64,000 nt of DNA from NCBI GenBank assembly GCA_934454405.1, contig CAKSFN010000004.1:84854-148853 (forward strand). The letters run 5' to 3'. Origin of the DNA: an uncultured Eubacteriales bacterium (lineage in GTDB: Bacteria; Bacillota; Clostridia; Oscillospirales; UBA644). Shown one piece after another: positions 1 through 9,459 of the stretch (the stretch's first letter is position 1; every line of letters starts with the position of its first letter). A program made the translations under genes and the position numbers. The notes under the pieces were generated by a model that did not search any database, had not been told where the DNA came from, and saw only the letters and a list, made by a program, of their open reading frames with translations.

Positions 1-1
1 G

Positions 2-1303
2 GGAAAAGAACGCTTCTATCTGCAGTGGACGGAAAACGGCAAGCTCAAAAGCCGGTATATCAAGGCCGGAGAATTGGAGCAGACCAGAGCCTTGGTGGAG
101 CGCCGCAAAAGCCTCCAAGCGGAGCTGAAGAAACTCAATGCGACACCCGACGGCGTCAAAAGCTATAATCTCAAACGAAAGGCGGTGCGGAATATGCAAA
201 ATATAACGGGAACCTTAATGTCGGAAGACCGTGTCATCGCGACCGTGAAAAACGGCGTCGTAACGGATGCGGACAAAAAGCTCCTGCCCCTCTATCTGAA
301 ACGGACGGGAAACATCGAAGGCTGGCTTGCCTCCCGCGCCATCGATTCCCACAGAACCAACTCGCGCCTTCTCAAAAGAGCCTTGCGTCTGCGCACAACG
401 GACGACATCGCCACGGCGCTTGCGGTGAATGCGGCGACCGTGACCGACCGCTACTGGTTCAAGCCCGAAGGCTCGTCCGCCGTATATGAGGATATCCGCT
501 TCAAGGAAAATTACTTTGCCGAGCTTGCCCTGCGCGGCGACCCCGACAGCTTCTCCCGCAAGCCCTCAAGAACACCGGAGCTGACCAACACCGGCAGCTT
601 CGAAAAGTGCTGGAAGCTCGTCGACGGCGAGTGGTGGATGTACAAAAGCGGAAACAGCGAGGAATATTTCTCGGAGCTGTTCATCTGCAAGCTCAGCGAA
701 AAGCTGGGACTGCCTACGGCGCACTATGAGATTGACGGACGGTATATCCGCTCAAAGGATTTCACAAACGGCGCGGCGGTCAACTTTGAACCGATACGCG
801 CACTCGTGGACGACGATGAGGATTACGAAAATTGCTTTCATGTGCTGTACGGCATATCCCCGGAGATCGCCAAGCAGTATCTGCTGCTTCTGTGGACGGA
901 CTCGGTCTGCTACAACATGGACAGGCACACCGAAAACTTCGGACTGCTGCGGGATGTGAAAACCGGGAAAATCCTCTCCCTTGCGCCCAACTACGATAAC
1001 AACATTGCACTGATCGCCAAGGGCTATCTCTCCGATGTCCGACGCACTCATGACGGACTGATCGGTTTCCTCCAAGCCTTCCTGCAGGACTGCGAAGAAG
1101 CGCGTGAGCTGTACCGGGAAATGCGTCTGCCGGAGATCACAGAGGATATCATCGACGAATGCCTTGACGAAATTCCTATCGAGGTAGACCGGGAATATAT
1201 CCGCACCTTTATCCTCTGCGGGCAGGATAGGGTTTGTGAGATCATCGAGATGGACGGGGATCTGTCCGGGGACGAAGAACCCGATATGGGACTTACGCTG
1301 TAG
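2..1303 (+). CDS. HipA-like Ser/Thr kinase domain protein, probably 5' truncated by the window edge
   Basis: The frame is open from nt 2, and the first start codon (TTG at 74) is simply the first available. NMDRHTENFGLL matches the HipA_C catalytic D-x-H-x-x-N-F loop, and LAPNYDNN matches the Mg-binding AP-x-YD patch. Confidence 0.55.
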   Translation, partial: GKERFYLQWTENGKLKSRYIKAGELEQTRALVERRKSLQAELKKLNATPDGVKSYNLKRKAVRNMQNITGTLMSEDRVIATVKNGVVTDADKKLLPLYLKRTGNIEGWLASRAIDSHRTNSRLLKRALRLRTTDDIATALAVNAATVTDRYWFKPEGSSAVYEDIRFKENYFAELALRGDPDSFSRKPSRTPELTNTGSFEKCWKLVDGEWWMYKSGNSEEYFSELFICKLSEKLGLPTAHYEIDGRYIRSKDFTNGAAVNFEPIRALVDDDEDYENCFHVLYGISPEIAKQYLLLLWTDSVCYNMDRHTENFGLLRDVKTGKILSLAPNYDNNIALIAKGYLSDVRRTHDGLIGFLQAFLQDCEEARELYREMRLPEITEDIIDECLDEIPIEVDREYIRTFILCGQDRVCEIIEMDGDLSGDEEPDMGLTL

Positions 1304-1319
1304 AAAGGCGGTGCAAACG

Positions 1320-1529
1320 ATGAGAATTTTTGCAGAGCTTTTGTGGCTGTGGAAAGGACTCGGAATATCTCTTCTTTCCTCTGCTGTGGGCGTAGGTCTT
1401 GTATGGGCAGTGTGCAGGATAAGAAACAAGCCGATAAACAAACCTGCCGCCGTCATCACCGGGGCAGCGGCTTTTGCGGCTTCGATTATCGTGCTGCTGT
1501 TGCTCTCGCAAACGCCCAAAACTATCTAA
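1320..1529 (+). CDS. Small two-TM membrane protein (69 aa)
   Basis: ATG at 1320 follows GAAAGGCGG. There are two hydrophobic stretches (GLGISLLSSAVGVGLVWAV and AAVITGAAAFAASIIVLLLL). No homology recognised. Confidence 0.35.
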   Translation: MRIFAELLWLWKGLGISLLSSAVGVGLVWAVCRIRNKPINKPAAVITGAAAFAASIIVLLLLSQTPKTI

Positions 1530-1600
1530 AAATATATATCCGACAATGCGGCGCCGAAAAAACGGCGTCGCGTTTTTGTATCTGAAAGGAGATCACCCAC

Positions 1601-1873
1601 ATGAAAAAGACAACCTTCAATATCTCATTCGACGAGGACAAGGCATCTGCCCTTGTCCTTTATCTTTCGCAAAAAGGTGCGACCGTCGAAGCGGAACTCG
1701 AAAAAGCTCTGGACACGCTCTACACCAAGACCGTCCCGGCAGGTGTGCGGGAATATATCGAGCTGCGCTCCGGCAACACACCGGCTCCGACTGCACCGAA
1801 ACCGAGAAAGCCGAAGCCGCCCAAAACGGAGTATACCGAGATCAGCGAGGTGAGCGCCGATGAGCGACATTGA
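1601..1873 (+). CDS. Conserved mobile-element hypothetical protein (90 aa) with a Pro/Lys-rich tail
   Basis: ATG is preceded by AAAGGAG. Its N-terminal ~50 aa resemble the N-terminus of the next ORF (shared ..L..LY...VP motif). Confidence 0.6.
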   Translation: MKKTTFNISFDEDKASALVLYLSQKGATVEAELEKALDTLYTKTVPAGVREYIELRSGNTPAPTAPKPRKPKPPKTEYTEISEVSADERH

Positions 1874-2537
1874 TATTACCCTGTACCTTAACGAATACCG
1901 TGTGCGCGCCTTGGCAGAAGCCCTCGGCAGTCAAACTGCCGAAACGGTGGAGGACAAGCTGGCAGAGGCGTTCGACACACTCTATCAGGAATATGTTCCC
2001 GATGAGCAGCGCGCCTCCATCGAGGCAACGATTGAAAGAGAGGACGCCGCAGAGCAGGCGCGGCTGGAAGCGGCCCGACGCTTTGCGGTTTATCACATCC
2101 GTGAAAACGGTGATGACTGTCACTTCACAAGCGACTACTTCCACACCCCGATGCAGGCGGCATACCGATACCGCCTCTATGAGCGCAGCGAGTTATCCGC
2201 AGACCCCAAAACATTCACCGACGCTTTTATTGAAACGAATCCCGTCAGCCTTGAATACTTCGTCAAGGTCTGTGCGGATATCCATTCGGATAACCGAGTC
2301 ACTGCGCTACTCGAATTTGATTTGGACGAAGGGCGGGTCAGTGTTTACGACAGCACGGATAACGAGTGGCAGACCTACTCCCTGCGCGATTTTTCCGTTG
2401 CGGCCTACAAAGCGTTCCGCTCCGATTACCGCAGTGAGGAATGCCGCCGTGAGATTTTCAACAGCAGCCTCGCCGGAAAGGAAATGGAGCTGTCGGAAAC
2501 CGATGACGAAACCGAAAACCAAGTGATTCAGATATAA
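1860..2537 (+). CDS. Hypothetical protein (225 aa); N-terminus paralogous to the preceding ORF
   Basis: Overlaps the upstream stop by 14 nt. EDKLAEAFDTLYQEYVP aligns with EKALDTLYTKTVP of ORF 1601-1873. Confidence 0.6.
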   Translation: MSDIDITLYLNEYRVRALAEALGSQTAETVEDKLAEAFDTLYQEYVPDEQRASIEATIEREDAAEQARLEAARRFAVYHIRENGDDCHFTSDYFHTPMQAAYRYRLYERSELSADPKTFTDAFIETNPVSLEYFVKVCADIHSDNRVTALLEFDLDEGRVSVYDSTDNEWQTYSLRDFSVAAYKAFRSDYRSEECRREIFNSSLAGKEMELSETDDETENQVIQI

Positions 2538-2550
2538 GGAGGACTAAAGT

Positions 2551-3075
2551 ATGGATAACAATATTTCAAAAGCGGAATTTCTCCGCAACTGCTTCAAGGA
2601 AATGCTTGATGATGGAAAGCCACATAGATACCGAGAGCTTTTGGAATTCGCTCGGCAGCAAATTCAGGGAACAAGGTTCGACGAAAAAATCCAGCCGAAC
2701 CTTTTCATCCAGTATGTCAACAGCGTCATCAAGAAACCCGATTCGAACTATGAACGAGTACAGTTCGGTATCTATCAGAAAAAATCTCCGCAAAAGCAGT
2801 TGGAGATCAAAGCGGATAACGAATTGGATCGCCTGTATTCTATGCTGGACTGTAGCTGTGCCTTAAAGGAGCAGATGGAAAAAGCATATACCGATTGCTG
2901 TGTTGTATTCCCCGAAAACCGTGAGGAACTTGCCGGAGCATTCAAGCACACCTTTGAAAGCCTCGATGAGTCCATAAACGGGCTGAGTGCATGGGTCGCC
3001 TATATGGAGGATCTCTCCGATATGATCTATGAGGAAGCCGATGACGAAACCGAAGCTCCGGCGATGCAGATGTGA
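2551..3075 (+). CDS. Hypothetical protein (174 aa), acidic C-terminus
   Basis: AGGAGG RBS sits 8 nt upstream of the ATG. Same-strand ORF in a tight array. No family recognised. Confidence 0.55.
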   Translation: MDNNISKAEFLRNCFKEMLDDGKPHRYRELLEFARQQIQGTRFDEKIQPNLFIQYVNSVIKKPDSNYERVQFGIYQKKSPQKQLEIKADNELDRLYSMLDCSCALKEQMEKAYTDCCVVFPENREELAGAFKHTFESLDESINGLSAWVAYMEDLSDMIYEEADDETEAPAMQM

Positions 3076-3225
3076 CCGCCGTGTCAGCCCCTGTGCCGCC
3101 CCGTGTGGCGAAATACAGCCCAATGGCGGGTAAACACAAGCCCTGCAAAGGCAAAGAGCCGTTTGGAACGGTTTTCGCACCCTTTTGCGGAAATCGGCAG
3201 GCGGTACGAAAATAAGCAGGAGAAA

Positions 3226-3253
3226 GCGAGGGGTTGCCTTGCTTTCCCCTCGC
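3226..3253. promoter_or_regulatory. Inverted repeat (GCGAGGGG-N12-CCCCTCGC) inside the 337-nt non-coding region upstream of the relaxosome genes; candidate oriT hairpin
   Basis: A perfect 8-bp-arm inverted repeat in the GC-rich non-coding stretch 3076-3412, immediately upstream of the RHH accessory and relaxase genes, which is the usual oriT position. No nic site was identified. Confidence 0.3.
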
Positions 3254-3412
3254 AGGACACAGCGGACGGCAACGCCGACCGCATAAGGCTTTGCGGGGCT
3301 TTTGGGGGCTGCAAAGAAAACCGACCTTTCGGGGTTGCTCGGATTTCAGCCTCGCTGATTTAGGGGTTGCGGTTTTTGAGCGAAAAATACAGCAAAAAAG
3401 GAGATGATTTGA

Positions 3413-3820
3413 GTGCCGACGCCGAAAAACAAACGCAAATTTGCACTGTGGCTCTATCCCGAAACACTCGACAAAATCGGGCAGCTTTACACCGCAGATG
3501 ATTGCCGCAGTAAATCCGAATTCATAGAAAAGGCGGTGCAGTTCTATATCGACCACCTCACTGCCGAGGATCAGCGCTCCATGCTGCCGAACGCAATGCT
3601 GTCCTCTATGAAAAGTATTGTTGCCGAGAGCGACAACCGCATCTGCCGATTGCTTTTCAAGATGGCTGTGGAACTCGCCGTCACAATGAATGTGGTGGCG
3701 GCAAACAGCGACATCGACGATATCACTCTTGAACGGCTCAAGGGCGAATGCGTAAAAGAAGTGAAAAGGCTGAACGGCAATTTTACTTTCCGTGACGCAA
3801 ACGATTGGCAGAAGGGTTAA
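3413..3820 (+). CDS. Ribbon-helix-helix relaxosome accessory protein (MobC-like role)
   Basis: GTG start after AAGGAG. The N-terminal KRKFALWLYPETLDKIGQLY...KSEFIEKAVQFYI has the RHH beta-strand/helix pattern. The stop lies 3 nt before the relaxase start. Confidence 0.6.
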   Translation: MPTPKNKRKFALWLYPETLDKIGQLYTADDCRSKSEFIEKAVQFYIDHLTAEDQRSMLPNAMLSSMKSIVAESDNRICRLLFKMAVELAVTMNVVAANSDIDDITLERLKGECVKEVKRLNGNFTFRDANDWQKG

Positions 3821-3823
3821 CGC

Positions 3824-6034
3824 ATGGCACGGCTTATTACGAAATTCAAATATCTGAAGCCCGATGAGCGAAATCACTTCGGCGGCTATGCGGAATACAT
3901 TGCCACCCGTGAGGGTGTTGAAAAGATAGATGAGTCAAAAAGAAATGCTCCTGCAACGAATAAGCAAAAACAACTGATAAAGAAAATCCTCTCGGACTTT
4001 CCCGACAGCAAATCATCGTTGGAGTATGAGGATTACCTCAAAGACAAAACGATCGGTACGGCTTCGGAATTCATTACCCGAATGCTTGAAGAAAACGCCG
4101 ATGAGATGATGCACACCAAAACCTATGCCGACTACATTGCCACCCGTCCCCGTGCGGAACGCTTCGGCTCTCACGGTCTCTTTACCGACGACGGCGTGGC
4201 GGTGGATCTGAAAAAGGTGTCGGATGAACTCAATGCGCATACGGGAAATGTGTGGACAGCAATCGTCTCACTGCGCCGTGAGGACGCCGTGCGGCTCGGC
4301 TATGATAACGGCAGCCGATGGCGGGATATGCTCCGGTCGCAAACGCAGACGCTCTCCGAAAACCTGCGAATACCCATGAGCAATCTCCGTTGGTTTGCCG
4401 CATTCCATAACGAAAGCCACCATCCCCATATTCACTTGATAGCCTACTCGACAAATCCAAACGAGGGCTATCTCTCGGAAAAAGGTCTGATGGCGTTGCG
4501 TTCGTCCTTCGCCAAGGACATATTCGCTCAGGACTTACTCTGCGAATATAAAAAACAGACAGAACGCCGTGACGCACTCAAGGTGCAGAGCCGTGAGGTG
4601 CTCGCCGAGCTCATCGCAAAGATAAACGGCGGAACCTATGACAATCCACAGGTGGAGGATTTGTTGCAGGCACTCGCCAAGAGGTTGGCTGTGACCAACG
4701 GCAAAAAGCAATACGGCTATCTGCGCAAGGATATCAAAGAAATCATCAACAGCATCGTTGACGAACTCGGCAAGGACGAACGCATTGCGGCTCTCTATGA
4801 TTTATGGTGCGAGTCAAAGGAAACGGCGATGAAGGTTTACACCGAGAGCCGACCGGAACGGCTGCCGCTGTCGCAAAACAAGGAATTCAAATCCGTGAAA
4901 AATATGGTGATAGCCGAGGCAATGAAACTCAATATGCCGACAGATGAGGTTGAGGATACAGATGAGCCGACAGAGCCGGACCGTGAGCCGACCGCCGAGG
5001 AAGCCGAAAGCACCGATCCGCCGCCTCCGCCTATGGACGAATATGAAAGAACGGTTGCGGACGCCGACAAGGGCAACAAATGGTCGCAGTACCGTGCGGC
5101 AAAATTTATGCTCGACCGTAACGGCGACCACTACGATCCGAAAAAGGCTGTGGAGTATCTCACCAGATCCGCCAAGCAGGGCTACACCGTTGCAAAATAT
5201 ATGCTCGGAAAGCTGTACCTTAAAGGCGAGGATGTACCGAAACAAATGCTCCATGCCTTGCATTGGCTCGAAAGCGCCGTCAAAGACGATAACCAATACG
5301 CCGAATATCTGCTCGGCAAGACCTTCCTCAAGGGCGAGGACATAGAAAGAGATGCCGAACGAGCCGAGAGCCTGCTCCGCCGTTCCGCAGAGCAAGGCAA
5401 CAAATATGCAGCGTACACCCTCGGCAAAGCGTATCTTGACGGAGATATTCTTGCTCAAAACATTGACGAAGCCGTGCGCCTGCTGACGCTGTCGGCATCA
5501 AAAGGATTTGCACCGGCACAGTTTATCCTCGGCAGGCTGTTATACAAGGGCGAGGTCGTGCCGAAAGATATCCGGCAGGCTGTCCGTTGGCTTGACCGTG
5601 CCGCCGCACAGAAAAATCCCTATACGGCATACCTTGCAGGCAAAATTTATCTGACCGAGGATGAGGTCAAGGACATTCAAAAAGCCATCCGCAGTTTTAA
5701 GATAGCTGCCGAGAACGGAAATGACTATGCCGAATACCAACTCGGAAAAATCTATCTCTACGGCAAAGATGTGCCGAGAGATACCGGCAAAGCAATGTAC
5801 TATCTTCATCTTGCCGCCGAGCATGGCAATCAATACGCCGCACAGCTCATCCACAGTATTAAGGTAAACGGGAACTGGACGGCAGCGCTTGCTTCTCTCC
5901 GTCTGCTCGGACACATGGCTCGTGTCATCCAAAACCGCTTGGAGGATGAGCGTAGAGGCAGAGAAATCGGCATCGACCGCAAGCTGCGGAGAAAAATCGA
6001 GGAAAAGAAACAGGCTCACGGACTCAAACAATAG
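3824..6034 (+). CDS. MobL/MobP-type conjugative relaxase fused to a C-terminal Sel1-repeat (SLR) domain
   Basis: The N-terminal YLKPDERNHFGGYAEYIATREGV and the His cluster FHNESHHPHIHLIAYS are typical of relaxase/mobilisation nucleases. An acidic/Pro linker (DPPPPPMDEY) follows. After it come at least 7 Sel1-like repeats (e.g. AVEYLTRSAKQGYTVAKYMLGKLYLKGEDVPK). Confidence 0.85.
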   Translation: MARLITKFKYLKPDERNHFGGYAEYIATREGVEKIDESKRNAPATNKQKQLIKKILSDFPDSKSSLEYEDYLKDKTIGTASEFITRMLEENADEMMHTKTYADYIATRPRAERFGSHGLFTDDGVAVDLKKVSDELNAHTGNVWTAIVSLRREDAVRLGYDNGSRWRDMLRSQTQTLSENLRIPMSNLRWFAAFHNESHHPHIHLIAYSTNPNEGYLSEKGLMALRSSFAKDIFAQDLLCEYKKQTERRDALKVQSREVLAELIAKINGGTYDNPQVEDLLQALAKRLAVTNGKKQYGYLRKDIKEIINSIVDELGKDERIAALYDLWCESKETAMKVYTESRPERLPLSQNKEFKSVKNMVIAEAMKLNMPTDEVEDTDEPTEPDREPTAEEAESTDPPPPPMDEYERTVADADKGNKWSQYRAAKFMLDRNGDHYDPKKAVEYLTRSAKQGYTVAKYMLGKLYLKGEDVPKQMLHALHWLESAVKDDNQYAEYLLGKTFLKGEDIERDAERAESLLRRSAEQGNKYAAYTLGKAYLDGDILAQNIDEAVRLLTLSASKGFAPAQFILGRLLYKGEVVPKDIRQAVRWLDRAAAQKNPYTAYLAGKIYLTEDEVKDIQKAIRSFKIAAENGNDYAEYQLGKIYLYGKDVPRDTGKAMYYLHLAAEHGNQYAAQLIHSIKVNGNWTAALASLRLLGHMARVIQNRLEDERRGREIGIDRKLRRKIEEKKQAHGLKQ

Positions 6035-6091
6035 CACGGGGAGGTTGCGCATACATTTTATGCGCAACCTCCTTTACGAAAGGAGAAACTC

Positions 6092-7009
6092 ATGTCAACC
6101 GAATACATTCACTTTACAGCCGAGCAAAAGGAAGCTGCTCGGCAGACAGACCTGGTCGCACTCCTGCAAAGCCAGGGTGAACGCCTCAAACGCTCCGGCA
6201 AGGAATATGTGTGGCGTGACGGCTCGGATAAGGTTACGGTCAGAGGAAACCTGTGGTTTCATCAGTATGAACGCATCGGCGGCGACGCCGTAGACTTTGT
6301 TCGCAGATTTTATAACATGGACTTTCCGCAGGCCGTCAATTTTCTGCTCGGCAATAACGGCGGCGCGCTTCCGCAAGCCGAGCCGGTCAAGCGAGAGCCG
6401 CCGAAGCTGTTCACCCTTCCGCCGAAAAATGATAATATGCGGCGAATGTATGCTTATCTGCTCAACCGCCGTGGGATAGACCGAGAGGTGCTGTCTGCCT
6501 TTGTGCATAAGGGAATGATCTATGAATCAGCCGATTACCACAACGCCGTATTTGTCGGTCATGATGAACACGGCATTGCCCGTCACGCACACAAAAGAGG
6601 AACAGGAAGTGAGAGCACCTACAAGGGCAATGCGGAAAGCTGCGATCCCTGTTACAGTTTCCACTGGACGGGTACGGACAATACACTCTATCTCTTTGAG
6701 GCTCCCATAGATATGCTGTCCTTTATTTCTTTGCACAAGGAAAATTGGCGCAGCCACAGCTACGCTGCCGCCTGCTGTGTCGGGGATCAGGTGCTGTTCC
6801 AAATGCTAAAGGCCAATCCCAATATCGACACCGTCTGTCTCTGTATGGACAACGATGCCGCAGGGCAGGCGGCGAACAAGAGAATATCCGACAAGCTCTT
6901 TATACAGGGCATAAAACACAAAATCCTCGTTCCTACCCATAAAGACTGGAACGAGGATCTGTTATATAATGAACAGGAGGAAACCGAATGCCAAACATTG
7001 CAGCTTTAA
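6092..7009 (+). CDS. Toprim-domain primase-like protein (DUF3991/TraC-like)
   Basis: Toprim Glu in LYLFEAPIDMLS and the DxD in LCMDNDAAGQ. Sits between relaxase and T4CP as in Firmicute conjugative elements. Confidence 0.75.
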   Translation: MSTEYIHFTAEQKEAARQTDLVALLQSQGERLKRSGKEYVWRDGSDKVTVRGNLWFHQYERIGGDAVDFVRRFYNMDFPQAVNFLLGNNGGALPQAEPVKREPPKLFTLPPKNDNMRRMYAYLLNRRGIDREVLSAFVHKGMIYESADYHNAVFVGHDEHGIARHAHKRGTGSESTYKGNAESCDPCYSFHWTGTDNTLYLFEAPIDMLSFISLHKENWRSHSYAAACCVGDQVLFQMLKANPNIDTVCLCMDNDAAGQAANKRISDKLFIQGIKHKILVPTHKDWNEDLLYNEQEETECQTLQL

Positions 7010-8961
7010 TCACCGTTGCCGCAATTATGTTTGCCGTCCTCGGTGCGATAACGCTGATCGCTCACATCTATAACCTCAACAATATCAAGAGCAAAACGGT
7101 CGGCGACGGCCAGCACGGCACAGCTCGGTGGGTAAACAAAGCGGAGATACGAAAGACCTACCGCCACATCCCGTTCACGCCGAAAAAGTGGCGTAAGCAG
7201 GCAAAGCAAAACCAAACGCCTACCATGACGGCGACAGCGCCGAGAAAGCTGCTCCGAAAAAAGACCGAGCCGACCGAGGAAGCGCTGCCGCAGGGCATTG
7301 TGGTCGGGTGCAAGGGCGGCAAGCACAGCACCACCGCCATGATAGACACGGGAGATGTCCATGTGCTGATGATCGGTGCAGCGGGTGTCGGCAAGACTGC
7401 CTTTTGGCTGTACCCGTGCATTGAGTACGCCTGCGCATCCGGAATGTCCTTCCTCTCCACCGACACCAAGGGCGATGTCATGCGTAACTACGGTAATATT
7501 GCAAAGGACTACGGCTACAAGGTTTCGGTCATTGACTTACGCAATCCTACTCGCAGTAACGGCAACAACATCCTATACCTCGTCAATAAATACACCGACC
7601 TATACGCAAAGCACCCCGACCAAATCGTCTACAAGGCCAAAGCCGAGAAGTACGCCAAAATCATATCCAAAACCATTATTCTCTCCGGCATGGACGCTGC
7701 CTCCTTCGGGCAAAACGCATACTTCTATGACGCCGCCGAGGGCTTGCTGACCGCAACCATTCTCTTGGTAGCAGAATTCTGTGCGCCGGAGAAACGGCAC
7801 ATCGTTTCGGTGTTCAAGGTCATCCAAGAGTTGCTTGCGCCATCAAAGAAAAAGGGCAAGAATCAGTTCCAGCAGCTTATGGAACTGCTCCCGAACGAGC
7901 ATAAGGCGAAATGGTTTGCGGGTGCGGCACTGAACACCGCCGAGCAGAGTATGGCATCGGTCATGTCAACAGCACTTTCCCGACTCAACGCATTTTTGGA
8001 TACCGAGTTAGAGAAGCTCCTGTGCTTTGATACCGAGATAGATGCCGAAACCTTCTGCAACCGGAAATCGGCTATCTTTGTGATCATGCCGGAGGAAAAT
8101 CCCAACACCTTCTTTATGATCTCACTGATTATCCAACAGCTCTACCGTGAGATACTCGCCGTTGCCGATGAAAACGGCGGTAAGCTCAAGAACCGCTGTG
8201 TATTCTTCTGCGATGAGTTCGGAACGCTGCCCAAAATCGAAAGTGCGGAAATGATGTTTTCCGCCTCCCGTTCAAGGCGTTTGCAGATCGTTCCCATAAT
8301 ACAATCCTTCGCCCAGCTCGAAAAGAACTACGGCAAGGAAGGTGCGGAAATTATCGTGGATAATACGCAGGACACTATCTTCGGCGGCTTTGCGCCCAAC
8401 AGCAGCTCGGCCGAAACGCTTTCCAAAGCACTCGGCAGCCGCACAGTCATGAGCGGATCTGTCAGCCGGAGTAAAAACGATCCGTCACAGTCGCTCCAAA
8501 TGATAGAGCGACCGCTGCTGACACCGGATGAACTCAAATCCCTGCCCAAGGGCGATTTTATCGTCATGAAAACGGGTGTGCATCCGATGCGGGTACACCT
8601 CAAGCTGTTTTTCAAATGGGGTATCGAATTCGACGATGAACACCCATACGCCGTACCCGACCAAGGCAACCGTGAGGTCAAGTATGCCGACAAAAAGGAA
8701 ATTCAGAACGGCATCCTCGAAAAATATCCGCCGGAGTGGAAAGAGGAAACGCCTGCACCGAGCGACGATGACGGCGGCGGTCAGGCACAGCAGGACAGCA
8801 CCAATAACGAGCCGCAGAGAACTCCGCCGAAGGATAAGAACAAGGGCGGCAACCCCATCCGTACCTCACCGCCGAAAAAAGAAACTGCTCCCGACATAAC
8901 GGAAGCAGAAATCATAAAAGACTTAACCGGAACGGAGGTGCAAAGCAATGAGCCGTCTTGA
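6988..8961 (+). CDS. Type IV coupling protein (VirD4/TraG family ATPase)
   Basis: N-terminal TM helix, Walker A MIGAAGVGKTAF, Walker B VFFCDEFGTLP, TraG-like LLTPDELKSL motif, low-complexity Pro/Lys tail. Confidence 0.85.
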   Translation: MPNIAALITVAAIMFAVLGAITLIAHIYNLNNIKSKTVGDGQHGTARWVNKAEIRKTYRHIPFTPKKWRKQAKQNQTPTMTATAPRKLLRKKTEPTEEALPQGIVVGCKGGKHSTTAMIDTGDVHVLMIGAAGVGKTAFWLYPCIEYACASGMSFLSTDTKGDVMRNYGNIAKDYGYKVSVIDLRNPTRSNGNNILYLVNKYTDLYAKHPDQIVYKAKAEKYAKIISKTIILSGMDAASFGQNAYFYDAAEGLLTATILLVAEFCAPEKRHIVSVFKVIQELLAPSKKKGKNQFQQLMELLPNEHKAKWFAGAALNTAEQSMASVMSTALSRLNAFLDTELEKLLCFDTEIDAETFCNRKSAIFVIMPEENPNTFFMISLIIQQLYREILAVADENGGKLKNRCVFFCDEFGTLPKIESAEMMFSASRSRRLQIVPIIQSFAQLEKNYGKEGAEIIVDNTQDTIFGGFAPNSSSAETLSKALGSRTVMSGSVSRSKNDPSQSLQMIERPLLTPDELKSLPKGDFIVMKTGVHPMRVHLKLFFKWGIEFDDEHPYAVPDQGNREVKYADKKEIQNGILEKYPPEWKEETPAPSDDDGGGQAQQDSTNNEPQRTPPKDKNKGGNPIRTSPPKKETAPDITEAEIIKDLTGTEVQSNEPS

Positions 8962-9208
8962 TTTCCTTTACCGCACCGAACTGCCGCACAGAGCCGTTGC
9001 GGTGTATATCTATCTCGCCGACCGGACGAACGAAAATAACGAATGCTGGCCTGCCATACCGACCATAGCCGCAGACCTCAAACTGTCGGCTTCCACCGTC
9101 CGCCGCGGAATTCGTGACCTCAAAAAAGCGGGACTTCTCGAAACCGAGCAGCGATACCGCAAGAAAGGCGGCAAGAGCAGTCTGCTGTTCCGGCTGAAAG
9201 CGGAGTGA
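8948..9208 (+). CDS. Winged-helix DNA-binding protein (86 aa)
   Basis: AVAVYIYLADRTNENNECWPAIPTIAADLKLSASTVRRGIRDLKKAGLL is a typical wHTH segment. Overlaps the T4CP stop by 14 nt. Confidence 0.55.
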   Translation: MSRLDFLYRTELPHRAVAVYIYLADRTNENNECWPAIPTIAADLKLSASTVRRGIRDLKKAGLLETEQRYRKKGGKSSLLFRLKAE

Positions 9209-9252
9209 AAAAAGCAAAACGCTCCGCCAAGGGGCAACTGCGCCTAATTGGT

Positions 9253-9271
9253 GACAGGTGCCACCTGTCAT
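9253..9271. repeat. Perfect 19-bp palindrome TGACAGGTGCCACCTGTCA
   Basis: Read directly. Located 45 nt after the wHTH gene at the backbone/cargo transition. Confidence 0.8.
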
Positions 9272-9378
9272 GGTGATAGGAGAAAGTGAACTACCCAACT
9301 GAAGAATAACTACAGCAGAAAGAAAAAACAACGAAGAATCAGCAATATAAAAATGCTGTTTCAGTCGTCGCTATTTCA

Positions 9379-9410
9379 GCAAACAATCGCAATTTCTTGC
9401 GATTGTTTGC
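9379..9410. repeat. Perfect inverted repeat GCAAACAATCGCAA-TTTC-TTGCGATTGTTTGC (14-bp arms)
   Basis: Read directly. No U-tract follows. It lies ~20 nt upstream of a consensus-like promoter, so it could be an operator or a stem-loop. Confidence 0.8.
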
Positions 9411-9430
9411 CGAAATTATAGCATACTGTA

Positions 9431-9459
9431 TTGTAATCAGGGATTATTTATGTTATAAT
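9431..9459 (+). promoter_or_regulatory. Sigma-70-type promoter TTGTAA-N17-TATAAT for the XRE gene
   Basis: Hexamers at 9431-9436 and 9454-9459 with a 17-nt spacer, ~35 nt upstream of the ATG at 9495. Confidence 0.5.
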
